A stretch of 64,000 nt of DNA, from positions 38,814,001-38,878,000 of the forward strand of contig NC_086097.1 in the NCBI RefSeq assembly GCF_963921235.1, written 5' to 3'. The stretch's first letter is position 1. Each line of letters opens with the position of its first letter. The notes beneath the pieces were generated by a model. The model ran no database searches. It had not been told where the DNA came from and saw only the letters and a program-made list of their open reading frames with translations. Both the position numbers and the translations under genes were made by a program. Origin of the DNA: Mobula hypostoma. Its lineage: Eukaryota. Positions 1 to 13,511 of this stretch are shown here, in pieces.

Positions 1-204
1 ATAGCTAGATAAGTATTTTAATGCTTGTTCTGTTCTGTTCTAATGTAGATGGTTTTATGCAATTAATTGGCATTAGTATCTTTATGCCTATCTGAGCCAG
101 ATCCCAGAATCTTTTTGACGTAACGAAGCACAGTACCTGTTTGAAGCCCCTGCCTGCAAAGCAACTGATGTCCAGGTGACTGGCTATGTTCAGGAAAGCC
201 AAGA

Positions 205-385
205 CCATACGCAGACACCAGAGATTCTACAGATGCTGGAAATCCAGAGCAACACACATAAAAAGCTGGAGGAATTCAGCAGGTCAGGCAGCATCTATGG
301 AACAAAATAAACAGTCGACACTTTGGCTGAGGCCGTTCTGCAGAACTGGAAAGGAAGGTGGATGAAGCCAGAATAAAAAAGTGGA
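205..385 (-). mobile_element. Degraded Penelope-like element terminal (pLTR) fragment
   Basis: Resembles the terminal sequence of the GIY-YIG-encoding element at 41856-43180 (gattctacagatgctgga...gcaacacac...gcaggtcaggcagcatct...cagtcgac). Confidence 0.6.
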
Positions 386-934
386 TAAGAATAACTGTAC
401 ATGACCTGAATTTAGTTCATAAAAGGATTACAGAACACTGTTGTGGAGAAATACAACATGCCAACAGGCTCTATGGACCATCAGGTCTATGCTAACCATC
501 AAGCACCCACTTACATTAATTCGACACAAACCACAATTTATTTTCCACACGTTTGTGCCAATTGACCATGTGCCCCATCTTTCCCAGGTTCTACCAATTA
601 CCTACACATGAGGGCAAATTTACCATAACTAATAAACTCATTGACCTGTAGACTCATTGAAATGTGGAAGAAAGTTGGAGCACATGCAAAACCATACAAG
701 CAGCACCTGTCTATAGGAGTGAACCAGGTGTCTGGCTCAGTGGGACAGCAGCACTGTGTCAACCAGATCAGAAGAAATTAACTACTATCAAAAAACTAAT
801 TTTGTTAAAAGTATTTATATGAGCTTGAAGTTGGGAGATCTACATTTGTAGGTTTGGTTCCATATTTAAACCAAGGTTTAATAACTTAGGAACATAAAAT
901 TTAAATGGTTGTCTCTTCTTATTTATTATTTTTT

Positions 935-1172
935 TAATGAGATACAGTGCAAAGTAGGCCCTTCCAGCTCTTCGAACTGTGCCCCGATTTGACAGTAACC
1001 TAATTAAGGCCAATTAACCTATAAACGGGACATATTGGGACTGTGGGAGGAAACTGGAGTACATGGAGGAAACCCAAACAGCCATGGGGAGAACATACAA
1101 AATTCTTACAGGCAGCGGTGGGAATTGAACCTGGGTCGCTGGTACAGTAAAGCGCTGTGCTAACCACTACAC
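935..1172 (-). mobile_element. tRNA-derived SINE (HE1/V-SINE-like)
   Basis: Minus strand reads gtagtggttagcacagcgctttactgtaccagcgacccaggttcaattcc (A/B-box head), V-SINE-like body and CR1-like tail. Confidence 0.6.
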
Positions 1173-1944
1173 TTACAGGCTGTTCTTAATTTCCCCTTGC
1201 ATTTATTCCAGCACTGTAAGGTTATGACTGATCTTTTATTCCTGCAATGACTTTATGCCCCTTTATTCCTCATTATCCAAGAACCTAATCAATCTCCCTC
1301 TTGAATATACTCAGCAGCTGAGCAGTCACTACCCTTTCTGGTGGAGAATTCCTAACATTCACTGCACTCTGGGCAAAGAAATTTCTTTTCATTTCATCCC
1401 GAATAGCGAATCTTTTAGTCTGAGACTATGATCCCCTTTTCTAGATACCATAACAATGGGAAACACATCTACCCCATTGTGTCCCTAAGGATTTTGTTCA
1501 CCTGCTTTGTTCAGTGTCTTTCTATTCAACTTACTCCCCAATATCCAAAACAGTATCTCCAGTAATGAAGCAACTTTTCCCTTGTCCCAGTTCCAACTGA
1601 CCCTCTCAAATGTTGCAGGGTTTGGAGCATAACCCGTTGTAGTGCAGGATTTCTGCAGGAATATATAAATTCCTAGGCCAAAGGTTTACTTGTAAATCAA
1701 GTAAAATCCCCCAGTTTGTATTGGAAGCATTTTCAAATATAAATTGGAATATGACCACAAGGACACAATCCAATTTTTCCTTCTGGTTCCCTTTCTGCCC
1801 TTTTCCACCATTCAGCAATAAGTTTGTTCAGTTGCAATTTAATTTTTTTTTAATTCCCACCTTTATGCAAAGCTGACATTCGAAGATTTCTGCTTAATGA
1901 GACACATCACATTTGAGCAGGAGACAATAGTGAAGGGTGAGACA

Positions 1945-3225
1945 AAACTCGTTAGACCATACTTGGAGGACTGCGTTCAGTTCTAGTCGCCTGATTACTG
2001 CAAGGTTGTGGAAGCTTTGCAGAGCGCGTAAAGGAGACTTACCAGGCTGCTGCCTGGATTTAGAGAATACTGTATGTCTAATGAAGAATGACTGAAGGAG
2101 CAAGGCTTTACTCTTTGGAGTTAAGGAGGATGAGAGGAGACCTTATAAGAAGCATAGAGTGGACAGCTAGCAGCTTTTAGCCATAGTGGCAATCAATGGT
2201 CAATGCCAGTGGATATTTGTTTAAGGTGAGAGGAGAAAAGTTTAAGGGAGATATCAGAGGTGGTGTTTCTTTCGACATAGAGAGTGCTATGTGCCGGTAG
2301 AGGTCGATATAATAGGGACATTGAAGAGACTCCTAGATAGTAATGTGGATGTAAGAAAAATGGAGGGTAATGGGCTGTGTAAGGGGGAAGAGTTAGATTG
2401 ATCGCGGAACAGGTTGATACAACATCGTGGGCTGAAGGGTCTGTATCTAATCAGAAAGTACGAAGAACATTACAGCACGGTACAGGCCCTTCGGCCCACA
2501 ATATCGTGCCAACCTTTTAAGATCAATCAATCTAACCCTTCCCTCCCACATCACTCTCCACTTTTCTTTCGTCCATGTGTCTAGGACCACACACGGATTA
2601 CTGTGTTCAGTCTGGTTGCCTGATTATAGGAAGGATGGTAAAGAATTTGAGAAGGTGGAGAAGGTGCGGGTGAGATTTACCAGGACGCTGCCTGGATAAC
2701 AGAGTGTGTTTTATGAGGAAAGGTTGAGCAGGTTAGGGTTTTCTCTTTGGAGAGGAGGATGAGAGGAGACTTGGTAGAGGTGTACAAGATAATAAAAGTC
2801 AGAGATAGAGTCGACAGCGCCAATGGCTACGGGGATCAGGGGGTATGGAGGGAAGGCTGGTGCAGGGTTCTGAGTTGGATGATCAGCCATGATCATAATA
2901 AATGGCGGTGCAGGCTCGAAGGGCCGAATGGCCTACTCCCGCACCTATTTTCTATGTTTCTATGTTAATATGAGAGGACATAATTTTAATGTGATTGGAA
3001 GGAAGTATAGGATGTTGTCAGAGGTAGGTTCTTTACAGAGTTTGGTAAGTGCATTGAACGCACTGCTAGCAGTAGTGGTAGAGATAGATATGTGAGGGGC
3101 ATTTATTAGGTATGCACATGGATGTTAGAAAAATGAAGTGTTATGTGGGAGGGAAGCATCAAGTAGGTTAAAAGGTTGGCAAAACATCGTGGGCCAAAGA
3201 GCCAGTACTGTGCTGTGTTTTACTA
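1945..3225 (+). mobile_element. Cluster of old CR1 LINE 3' fragments, with a young CR1 3' end nested at ~2823-2965
   Basis: Decayed LVRPHLEYCVQFW / RRMRGDLVEVYKI motifs; the nested piece matches the 3' UTR and (TTTCTATG)n tail of the young CR1 copies at 6823, 9989 and 49438. Confidence 0.75.
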
Positions 3226-3977
3226 ATTAGGTTCTGTAGTCAAGGGACTAAAGAACCTCTTTGACCCAGTTCTTGCCCGTTTATCAGTTTTATGTCATCA
3301 AGGAAGGAATAGAAGTCTATTTTCCTTATTTTTGAACAACTTATATCCAAGGTTTGTTAAAAGATTCAAAGTGCATTTATTATCTAGGTATGTATGCAGT
3401 ACACAACCCTGGCAGTCGTCTTCACACAGACACGAAACAAAGAAAACCATGGAACCTGTTCAAAGAAAAACATCAACACCCCCCAAAAAAACGAGCAAAT
3501 GGTAATAAAAACAAGCGAGCGAAAAACACAGAATATAAAACACAAAAATCAAAAGAGTCCAGGCATATTCAGTTCAGTGGTATAAGGGAATGCATTGAAA
3601 AATCTGAAGGAATTGTACAGAAGAGCATTTTGAAATCTGTTTCCAGCTAAGCTCATGCCTTAAAGGACTGAGAGATAAATGAAAACCATCATAAACGCTA
3701 GTCAAGAAATCAATACTGGTTGTTGGTATGAAGTGATTATTCCTCTTTGCATTCACTCAGTCTCATGCACATGCTGTTGCATGAGATAATAATCAAGAAC
3801 ATTTTTGAAATGTGTTAATTAGCATTTCTTCAAATAATTTTGAGAAATTGTTCTGAAGAAAGATTAAAATATTTTTCCAAAGTACTGTTGCTGCTGCTAA
3901 CTTCTATGTATTTCATTGTTTAAGTCGAATCTATCTTCAGTTACCTGATCCACAGAGCGGAAATACACAAAATTCAG

Positions 3978-4280
3978 GGCAGCACAGTAACATAGCTGGT
4001 AGAGCAGCTACCTCACAAGACCGGAGACTGAGTGCCTCTCTGAGTTTGTACATTCCCTCTGTGACAACATGACTTTCTGCCAAGTGCTCCTGTTCCCTCC
4101 CAAATTCCATTGCTCCGATTGATGATTGATGTATTGATCACTCTGAATTGCCCGTATGTGAATGCGAGTGGTAGAATTTGCAAGGAATGATATGAAGTTG
4201 TGGAGAATAAAAATGGGATTAATATCAGATTATATGGATGGTTAACATGGATTTGATTCCACCGGACTTCCACTCTCAGC
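3978..4280 (+). mobile_element. Degraded tRNA-derived SINE (HE1/V-SINE-like)
   Basis: gggcagcacagtaacatagctggtagagcagctacctcaca head and gagtttgtacattccctctgtgac body shared with other SINE copies in the window. Confidence 0.5.
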
Positions 4281-6099
4281 TCTGAATTTACTCAAAGACT
4301 GAATATCCAACTAAAAAATTCTACAAAGCAAATGCCTGTCTTGAATATGACATCCAAATAACTTTCACCACAAGATTTCTGCTGAGAATTAAACAGCAAT
4401 TCTGTATTATGGTCCCATATTGGTGAGCTCAAAGAAGTGTCTTTTGATGGATTGGTATGTAGACTTAATTAGGGTGTAACAGACAAAGAGATACCAGTAA
4501 CTGATAGACTGATTCCTTCATCTGTTCACTTGATAAAATAAAATGCTAGTTTATTTATCTTAGCATATGCCTTGAAGCCTTTAACCCATTTCCTGATCAC
4601 TCCATGTCCCAGAGATCTCACACTGCATTAATTCAATAGAAGGTTCCTGGCAAGAAGCCTAGTTGTCTATATTTTGAGGACGAAAGCCTGGAAGAGGGAG
4701 TGTGTATAAGCACCTTCAGTCCATCCCTTCACAAGTTGGGACAGCAAGATGACAAACAGATTGGCTGATGTAGTGGAGGCAAATAGCATGGAAGAGATAC
4801 TGGAAAGAAAGGTAGCGGCAACTCGAACAAGGCACAGCCGCTGCTGGCGACCACATAGGGAATTATCTTGTATGGCGTGCCCTCTGAGCGATCCAATAAT
4901 AATGCTAAAGAAAGTCAAAGAAATGCATTCAATCCTTTATTAGCAACTAATAAAACTTACAATCTTGAAGCGATGAAACTTATGAAACTAAAACTAGCGA
5001 TATTAAATGTACTTAAGCAGACCTAAGCAAAGTTAAGTAGAGTTAAACGATTTCAAATGTCATTAAGTGGTGAACGAAGATATGATACCCGGTGGTCTTC
5101 AGCTTTAAACTGCCCAGAACAAAGCATGTACACATAACTAAACCCTTCATTTTTACCACACCCCAATCCATCTAGCTAGCTATCATAAAACATAATAAAC
5201 TCCCAACACAAAATAAAATGCAGGCAGAGAACAGATGCATGGCTCCAAAAGAGGGACCTAAGCACTTGGGACCAATCTGAAGGGTAGCAGATCTGTTTCT
5301 AGTGCTGCCTTTTCACTGTTGCTACATGATTGATAGTTTCAGATTATCTACGGAAAATAGTTAACAATGTTAGATATGCACTGGAATTTGTTAACACTGT
5401 TCAAGATTTAATCTCAAGATTTCTATATACAGTTTGACAGTAAAGTTAGCATGAAGTTGATAAATTATGAAAACCTTGGGTACGATTACCAGTTCCTTGC
5501 TCTTTAACTGGCCTAGTGGAGATTTTGGAACTATTGCCAATTACTAAAAGGTGAATAGTGATTAATTCATATCAGTACATCGAGTGATTTGGATTCTGTT
5601 GGAGCTCAAGGTAAGTTGATCAAAGTAAGTTGATTTATTATTATCACATGTACTGAGATATTAGTGAAAACCTTCTCTTGCATACTGTTCAGAGTGACAA
5701 TTCATTACAACAGTGCAGCAAGGTAGTACAAAGTAAAATATAGCAATAACAGAATGGTATGCTGCATCTGGATAGGATGCCTGCTATGGTACATCAATAA
5801 AAATTGATATGGATAATTTTTACCACCTTAAATATTCATTAAAATTTAGTTGCTCTTAGAGATGAAAAAATGATATAGCTGCAAAGGACAAAGGAAACAG
5901 CACTGACCAATAGGAAGATGAATGTGACTGAATGATACTTAGTGAAGCCGTTGAACAATTTGAAGCTGAAAAGGAAACAGAACAAGAGGAGGCTACATGC
6001 AGCATATAAACTTAATGAGGACTTGGTTCAAAAGATAAGCTCTGTGGACATTGAATCATCGAAAACATACAGTGAAGTGCCTATTGAAAGACCGAGATA

Positions 6100-7512
6100 G
6101 TTTCTATTCTCATATTAATCCTTTTTGTGATAGATGTCAGGGGCAGATAGCCTCTTTAACTCATATGTTTTGGTCCTGTCCTACTCTGGAAACTTTTTGG
6201 AGAGACATTTTTAATATTATCTCAAAGGTATTGAATATAGATATCTCTCCTCATCCTATTACTGCTATCTTTGGACTACCTAAAATTTCCAGTAATCTTT
6301 CTCCTTCAGCCCATAGAATGATTGCATTTCTTACTTTAATGGCGAAAAGATGTATTTTACAACATTGGAAAGAGACTAATGCTCCAACTACGTTTTTTTA
6401 GTTTTCCCAGACGATATTATGCTTAAATTTGGAGAAAATTAGAAGTAATCTTTATGATTCTTCAGTTAAATTCCATCAGACCTGGAGATTTTTTATTCAA
6501 CATTTTCATTTAATGTAATTTTTTTTCTCTCGGTCCATATTTATATTCCCTTCTTGTTTTTTTTTAACTGTTTTTAATGGAGGTCAGGTTTGAGGATGTG
6601 ATTTTAAGTACTTTAACTCTACTTGTTTCCTAGTTAGCCCATTGCTTTGCTTTGCTTTTTAGTTTAGTTGCACGATGGGGTTTTTTTTGGGGGGTTTTTT
6701 GGGTTTTTTTTTTCTTTTTCTATTGATATATATAAAAATTAGTATACTATTATATTACCTTGTTATTTATGTTTAAATTGCACTGTTTGTATTAATTTTT
6801 TACTGTATTAATATTTCCTGTAATAGAAACATAGAAACATAGAAAATAGTTGCAGGAGTAGGCTATTCGGCCCTTTGAGCCTGCACCGCCATTTATTATG
6901 ATCATGGCTGATCATCCAACTCAGAACCCTGTACCAGCCTTCCCTCCATACCCCTTGATCCCCGTAACCACAAGGGCCATATCTAACTCCCTCTTAAATA
7001 TAGCCAATGAACTGGCCTCAACTGTTTCCTGTGGCAGAGAATTCCACAGATTCACCACTCTCTGTGTGAAGAAGTTTTTCCTAATCTCGGTCCTAAAAGG
7101 CTTCCCCTTTATCCTCAAACTGTGACCCCTTGTTCTGGACTTCCCCAACATCGGGAACAATCTTCCTGCATCTAGCCTGTCCAATCCCTTTAGGATTTTA
7201 TACGTTTCAATCGGATCCCCCCTCAATCTTCTAAATTCCAACGAGTACAAGCCCAGTTCATCCAGTCTTTCTTCATATGAAAGTCCTGCCATCCCAGGAA
7301 TCAATCTGGTGAACCTTCTTTGTACTCCCTCTATGGCAAGGATGTCTTTCCTCAGATTAGGGGACCAAAACTGCACACAATACTCCAGGTGTGGTCTCAC
7401 CAAGGCCTTGTACAACTGCAGTAGTACCTCCCTGCTATATTATATTCTAACAGTGTATTAGAGCCTATATGGCTTACCTTCTGTGTACTTATTCAATAAA
7501 AAGATTTAAAAA
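6100..7512 (+). mobile_element. 5'-truncated L1-type LINE (ORF2 C-terminus + 3' UTR), interrupted by CR1
   Basis: CDRCQGQIASLTHMFWSC zinc-knuckle motif, T-rich 3' UTR, AATAAA and A-rich tail; 14-bp TSD GAAAGACCGAGATA at 6086-6099 and 7513-7526. Confidence 0.85.
6823..7436 (-). mobile_element. Young 5'-truncated CR1 LINE nested in the L1 3' UTR
   Basis: Open ORF2 C-terminus (YKALVRPHLEYCVQFWSP...RRLRGD...FFTQRVVNLWNSLP) and (TTTCTATG)n tail. Confidence 0.92.
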
Positions 7513-7529
7513 GAAAGACCGAGATAAAT

Positions 7530-7830
7530 TGAATATAGTGGGGGAGTCTAGTTCAGGAGGGTACAGCCCCAGGATAGAAGGGAACTACTTTATAACAGAG
7601 ATGAAGAAGAATTTCTTTAGCCAGATGGTGTTGAATCTGTGTAGATTGCCACAGATGGCTGTAGAGGCCAAGTCAATGGGTATATTTAAAGAAGAGGTTG
7701 ATATGTTCGTAATTAGTAAGGGCATCAAAGGTTATAGGGTACAGACAGGGAATGGGATTGAGAAGTATAATAAATCAGCCATAGTGGAATGGCGGATCAA
7801 TGGTCTAATTACGCTCCTACGTCTTCCTTA
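7530..7830 (+). mobile_element. Old CR1 3' fragment
   Basis: EMKKNFFSQMVLNL...AVEAKSMGIFKEEVD, a decayed CR1 C-terminus. Confidence 0.7.
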
Positions 7831-7924
7831 TGGAAATGTTTCGTTTTGCATCAGCACCAACACAGTCTGATGATTGTGCTGGAGGCATTTGTCAAATGTC
7901 TCGTTTCCAGCAGCAACGTCAGGT

Positions 7925-9298
7925 GTCAAGTGACAAGTGAAGTTTATTGACATTTAACTACGTACATGTAATCATATAATATATAGAGAAACAAGACAGT
8001 GTTTCTTTAAACCAGGGTGTAAAGCACATAACACACGATAACTTATGAAGGTAAGGATAAAATCTACAGATGAATCACACGTAAGTAACAAACTAAAGTG
8101 CATTAATATTAACTATTGTAAGGTACAGAACAGATTAACTGGAGACACTTTGAATATGATGCGGCAGGGAGTTCAGAAGCCTAATGGCCTGGGGGAAGAA
8201 ATTGTTTTTCATTCTAACAGTTCTTGTTTTTATGCATCGTAGTCTCCTGCCTGATGGTAGAAAGTCAAAGAGTATGCCGGATGGATGGGTGGGATCCTTA
8301 ATAATACTAAGGGCCCCACATACTCAGTGCCCCTGATAAATGTCCCCAGTAGATGGTATGGAGACCCCTATGGTCCTCTCAGCTGTTCTCACAGTCCTTT
8401 GTAGGGACTTCTGGTCTGATGCTTGACTGCTCCCATACCAGATGGAGATGCAACTTGTCAGGATGCTCTCAATGGTGCTCCTGTAAAACACAGTTAAGAT
8501 GGGAGTTGGGAGCCTTGTTTGCCTAAATCTTCTTAGGAAGTGGAGGTGTTGCTGTGCCTTCTTGTTCAAGGAGGTGATATTAAGGGACCAGGTGAGGTCA
8601 TCTGTGGTGTAAACTCCTGGAACTTGGTACACTTAACTCTCTCTATGGAGGAGCCATATATTCACACAGAGAGATGGTTTGACTGCACCTTCCTGAAGAC
8701 CACAATGATTTCCTTTGTCTTCTCTATGTTAGGTTGTTCTTCTCACACCAATCCACCAGCCGCTCCACTTCCTCTCTATACTCCATCTCGTCGTCGTTCT
8801 TGATAAGGCCAGCCACCGTTGTGTCATCTGCAAACTTGCTGACCCGGTTTGAGCTGGATCCTGCAACACAGTCATGAGTCAGCAGTGTGAGCAGCGGCGG
8901 GCTGAGCACACAGCTTTGGGGAGTGCCACTGCTCAGCGTAGTGTGACGAGAGACGCCGCTGCCCACACAGACTGACTGTGGCCTTACTGTTAAGAAGTCC
9001 AGTGATCACTAGCAGGGGGAGGTGTTGACACCCAGCGAGGACAGTTTCACCACCAGTTTCTGCGGTATGAACTGAAGTCTATAAACAGCAGTCTGGCATA
9101 AGACCCCATTTTTCAAGTGGGACAGGACAGAGTGGAGGGCGGGTGTTATTGCATCAGCAGTGGATCAATTTGAGTGATAAGTGAACTGGAAAAGGTCCAA
9201 TGTAACTGGGAGAGAGGCTTTAATGTGCTCCATGACCAGCCGCTCAAAACATTTCATAATGGCTGATATTAATGGCACCGGACGATAATCATTTAGCC
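7925..9298 (-). mobile_element. Rex1/Babar-type LINE, 5'-truncated and degenerate
   Basis: GTPQSCVLSP, KFADDTTVAGLI, KKAQQHLHFLRR, FYRSTIESILTSCISIWYG motifs; caataaacttcacttg tail. Confidence 0.88.
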
Positions 9299-9624
9299 AT
9301 GCCTGTAACTCACTAACCCTAACACGTATGTCTTTGGGATGTGGGCGGAAATTGAAGCACCCAGTGGAAACCTACATAGTCACAGGAAGAAGGTTCAGCC
9401 TCCTTAAAGACAGCATCAAGAAGCAAACCCCAACAGGTGACCAATGACACTGCAAAGTGATTGCGCTAATCTCTCTGCTACTGTGCTGCTACAGTAGAGT
9501 CTCATTTTAAAGTATTCAGAATGTATAATGACATCTCTGCAACATGTTGTGGAAATTTTTTTTAGACACATAGACACTGTGAGATTGAGGGACTACCATG
9601 TGTGGCTTGATAGCATAACGATTC

Positions 9625-9930
9625 ACGCAATGCCTTCCAGTGCCAGCCATCACTGATCAGGGTTCGATTCCCGCTGCAGTCGGTAAGGAGTTTGTACATT
9701 CTGCCCGTGACCGCGTAGGGTTCCTTCGGGGGCCCCTGGCCTCCTCCCACATTGCAAAGACATACAGTCAGGGTTAGTGAGTCGTGGGCATGCTAAGTTG
9801 GCGATGGAAGCAAGGTAATGCTTGTGGACTGCCCCCAGCATAAGCATCGGACTGTGTTGGTCGTTGATGCAGACGATGCATTTCACTGTGTGTTTCAAGG
9901 CACAGGTGGCAAATAAAGCTAATCTTTAAA
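9625..9930 (+). mobile_element. tRNA-derived SINE (V-SINE-like)
   Basis: B box GGTTCGATTCC at ~9661, gagtttgtacattctgcccgtgaccgcgt body, aataaagctaatctt end. Confidence 0.65.
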
Positions 9931-9988
9931 ACCTTTGATTATACATTATGTCCTCAAGGCCAACATTCATTCAAGTCAGAAGAATAAG

Positions 9989-11480
9989 ACATAGAAACAT
10001 AGAAACATAGAAAATAGGTGCAGGAGTAGGCCATCTGGCCCTTCGAGCCTGCACCGCCATTCAGTATGATCATGGCTGATCATCCAACTCAGAACCCCGC
10101 CCCAGCCTTCCCTCCACACCCACTGATCCCTATAGCCACAAGGGCCGTATCTAAACTCCCTCTTAAATATAGCCAATGAACTGGCCTCAACTGTTCCCTG
10201 TGGCAGAGAATTCCACAGATTCACCACTCTCTGTGTGAAGAAGTTTTTCCTCATCTCGGTCCTAAAAGGCTTCCCCTTTATCCTCAAACTGTGACCCCTC
10301 GTTCTGGACTTCCCCAACATCGGGAACGATCTTCTTACATCTATCCTGTCCAATCCCTTTAGAATTTTATACGTTTCAATAAGATCCCCCCTCAATCTTC
10401 TAAATTCCAGAGAGTATAAGCCTAGCCGATCCAGTCTTTCATCATATGAAAGTCCTGTCATCCCAGGAATCAATCTGGTGAACCTTCTTTGTACTCCCTC
10501 TATGGCAAGAATGTCTTTCTTCAGATTAGGGGACCAAAACTGCACACAATACTCCAGGTGTGGTCTCACCAAGGCCTTGTACAACTGTAGTAGTACCTCC
10601 CTGCTCCTGTACTCGAATCCTCTTGCTATGAATGCTAGCATACCATTCGCCTTTTTCACCGCCTGCTGTACCTGCACGCCCACTTTCAATGACTGGTGTA
10701 CAATGACACCCAGGTCTCGTTGCACCTCCCCTTTTCCTAATCGGCCACCATTCAGATAATAATCTGTTTTCCTGTCTTTGCCACCAAAGTGGATAACCTC
10801 ACATTTATCCACATTAAATTGCATCTGCCATGAATTTGCCCACTCACCTAACCTATCCAAGTCACCCTGCATCCTCTTAGCATCCTCCTCACAGCTGACA
10901 CTGCCGCCCAGCTTCGTGTCATCCGCAAACTTGGAGATGCTGCATTTAATTCCCTCGTCTAAGTCATTAATATATGTTGTAAACAACTGGGGTCCCAGCA
11001 CTGAGCCTTGGGATACCCCATTCGTCACTGCCTGCCATTCTGAAAAGGTCCCGTTTATTCCCACTCTTTGCTTCCCGTCTGCCAACCAATTCTCTATCCA
11101 CATCAATACCTTACCCACAATACCATGTGCTTTAAGTTTGCACACTAATCTCCTGTGTGGGACCTTGTCAAAAGCCTTTTGAAAATCCAAATATACTATA
11201 TCCACTGGTTCTCCCCTATCCACACTACTTGTTATATCCTCAAAAAATTCTATGAAATTCGTCAGACATGATTTTCCTTTCACAAATCCATGCTAACTTC
11301 GTCTGATGATTTCACCGCTTTCCAAATGTGCTGTTATCACATCTTTGATAACTGACTCTAGCATTTTCCCCAACACCGATGTCAGGCTTACCGGTCTATA
11401 ATTCCCCGGTTTCTCTCTCCCTCCTTTTTTAAAAAGCGGGGTTACATTAGCCACCCTCCAATCTCAGGAACCAATCCAGA
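9989..11480 (-). mobile_element. Young 5'-truncated CR1 LINE (RT domain + 3' UTR)
   Basis: ORF 9976-11283 has YLDFQKAFDKVPH, QGSVLGP, KFADDTK; frameshift near the 3' end; (TTTCTATG)n tail. Confidence 0.95.
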
Positions 11481-11961
11481 CATTTCATTCTTCTAACAAA
11501 CAAGGGTTTATAAGTTGGATATAGGTATTTAGAACATGAGGTGTTTAGAACAAGGTGTTCAGCTCAGTCACAGGACTAAACAATCCACTTTGATTGGCAC
11601 CCCATCCACTAACCTAACGTTCATTCCCGTACGATCAGCAAACACACCTTAATTATTCATCCTATCCCCCGCCCACTAAAACCAGTAAGGACAAGGGGAC
11701 ACCACCACCTATACATTACCCCCCAAGCTGAGCAAGATCCTTACTTGGGAATATATTGCGGCTCCCTCCTCATTACTTTGCCCAGATTTGTAGAACTCTC
11801 TCCCCAATAGTACCATGAGAGACCTTCATCAAAAGGACTGCAGCAGTTCAAGAAAATGGTTCACCAATACATCATGAACGTGCACTACACAAGCGGGCAA
11901 TTGCCAACAACACCCACATTGCACAAATAAACATTAAAAAATGATGGTAAAGCACAACTTT

Positions 11962-13168
11962 TCAAAGTTCAAAGTAACTTTTATTATCAAAGTACATATA
12001 TGTCACCATATACAATCCCAAGATTCACCTTCTAAAGAGCATACTCAGCAAATCTATAAAATAGTAACCATAATAGGATCATGAATGATCAGCCAGAGTG
12101 CAGACGACAACAAACTGTGCAAATGTAAATATAAATTAATTGTAATAAATCACAAGAATGAGGTAGAGTCCTTGAAAGTGAGATTATTGGTGTAACCCTG
12201 GGGTTCGGCCAGCATACATTTGTCTAGGGTAAGACAGCTTCTGGCCCAGCCAAACTGAGAAATCTCGATTGTGTGGAAGGTATGTGATGTGTCGCCCGGT
12301 TACAAATCTGAACCGCAAAATATCAAACAGTACACCATATGCAATTAAACTATCGAACTTTATAAATCTTAAGCTGACTATAGGGTTAGTAAAGAAACTA
12401 AAAAGAAAAAGGGCCCATTTCAATGAAACAGTCTAAAGTATGCGCTGGAACTCACGGAATCGTCCATTCGTTCCCCATCGACCTCCTCTGAGTGTCGCTG
12501 ACCACCAGACCCTCACTCTGAGTCCTCTCCGTACACTGGTCTACCAACTCTCTCCACTCGCATCTTCTCTCTTCATCTCTCACTGACAAAAGACCGCAAA
12601 ATCCCTGCTCCAGACCCATAAGAACAACATGCTGTCCTTGGCTAACATACATTCCAAAAGCCCCGTTATCTCTAGTCATAACCCAAACATTGCTGCTACA
12701 GAGAAACCATTACCTTCGCAGTGAAACATTACAGGGAGGCCATTACATTAGCAGAGAAACCTTGCAGAGCGTTACATTGGTTATGGGAATATTTCAATGA
12801 TGGGGCAAGTGAAGTTGAGGGTAGCTATCCCCTTTTATTCAAGAACCTGATGGCTGAGGGGTAGTAACTGTTCTTGAATCTGATGCTGCAAGTCCTAAGG
12901 CTCCTGTACCTTCTACCTGATGGCAGCAGCGAGAAGAGAACATGAGCTGGGTGGAGGAGATTTCTGATGATGGATGCTGCTTTCCTATGCAGAGTTTAAT
13001 GTAGATGTGCTCAGTGGTTGGGACGGCTTTACCCTGTGATGTACTGGACCGAATCCACTACTTTTTGTAGGATTTTCCTTTCAAAGGCATTGGTGTTTTC
13101 ATACCTGACTGTGATAGAGCCAGTCAATACACTCTCCACTACACGCCTATAGAAGTTTATCAAAGTTA
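11962..13168 (-). mobile_element. Rex1/Babar-type LINE 3' fragment interrupted by a solo LTR
   Basis: Decayed Rex C-terminal coding sequence (LPSGRRY) and 3' UTR with (CTTTGAA)n-like tail; sequence resumes on both sides of 12191-12776. Confidence 0.65.
12191..12776. mobile_element. Solo LTR (586 bp), probably Gypsy-like or retroviral
   Basis: Begins TGTAAC and ends GTTACA; 4-bp TSD TTGG at 12187-12190 and 12777-12780; interrupts a Rex element. Confidence 0.8.
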
Positions 13169-13473
13169 TCAAGATATTCATGGAATCTGTCCTTCTGAAG
13201 AACTGCATTCAGATATAAATGAGAGGAGTTCTATGGATATATTATGAGTCCCAAAAATCATTATTGCAGGGGAAGAAAGAGAAACTACTGCAGATTATCT
13301 AGCTACGACAGGAGAGGTTATTGCACAACCTTTGGGTCCCAAAGGAATACCACCTACCACTTGAACTGTGAATGTCCATGGAAGACAATTGGATGACCTC
13401 CAGAGAATAAATTCAGAATTTCCATCTTCATTCTGATTGATAATATCATCTTGGAAAAAACTCATTTTCTTAC

Positions 13474-13511
13474 CAGCTGAAATTAGATCGTCACTGGTAC
13501 TTTGTTTGACC
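13474..13511 (-). other. Candidate 38-nt internal exon of an unidentified host gene
   Basis: Non-repetitive context; acceptor atttctgtctccgtag and donor gtaaga; only one frame is open (VKQSTSDDLISA). Protein not recognised. Confidence 0.3.
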
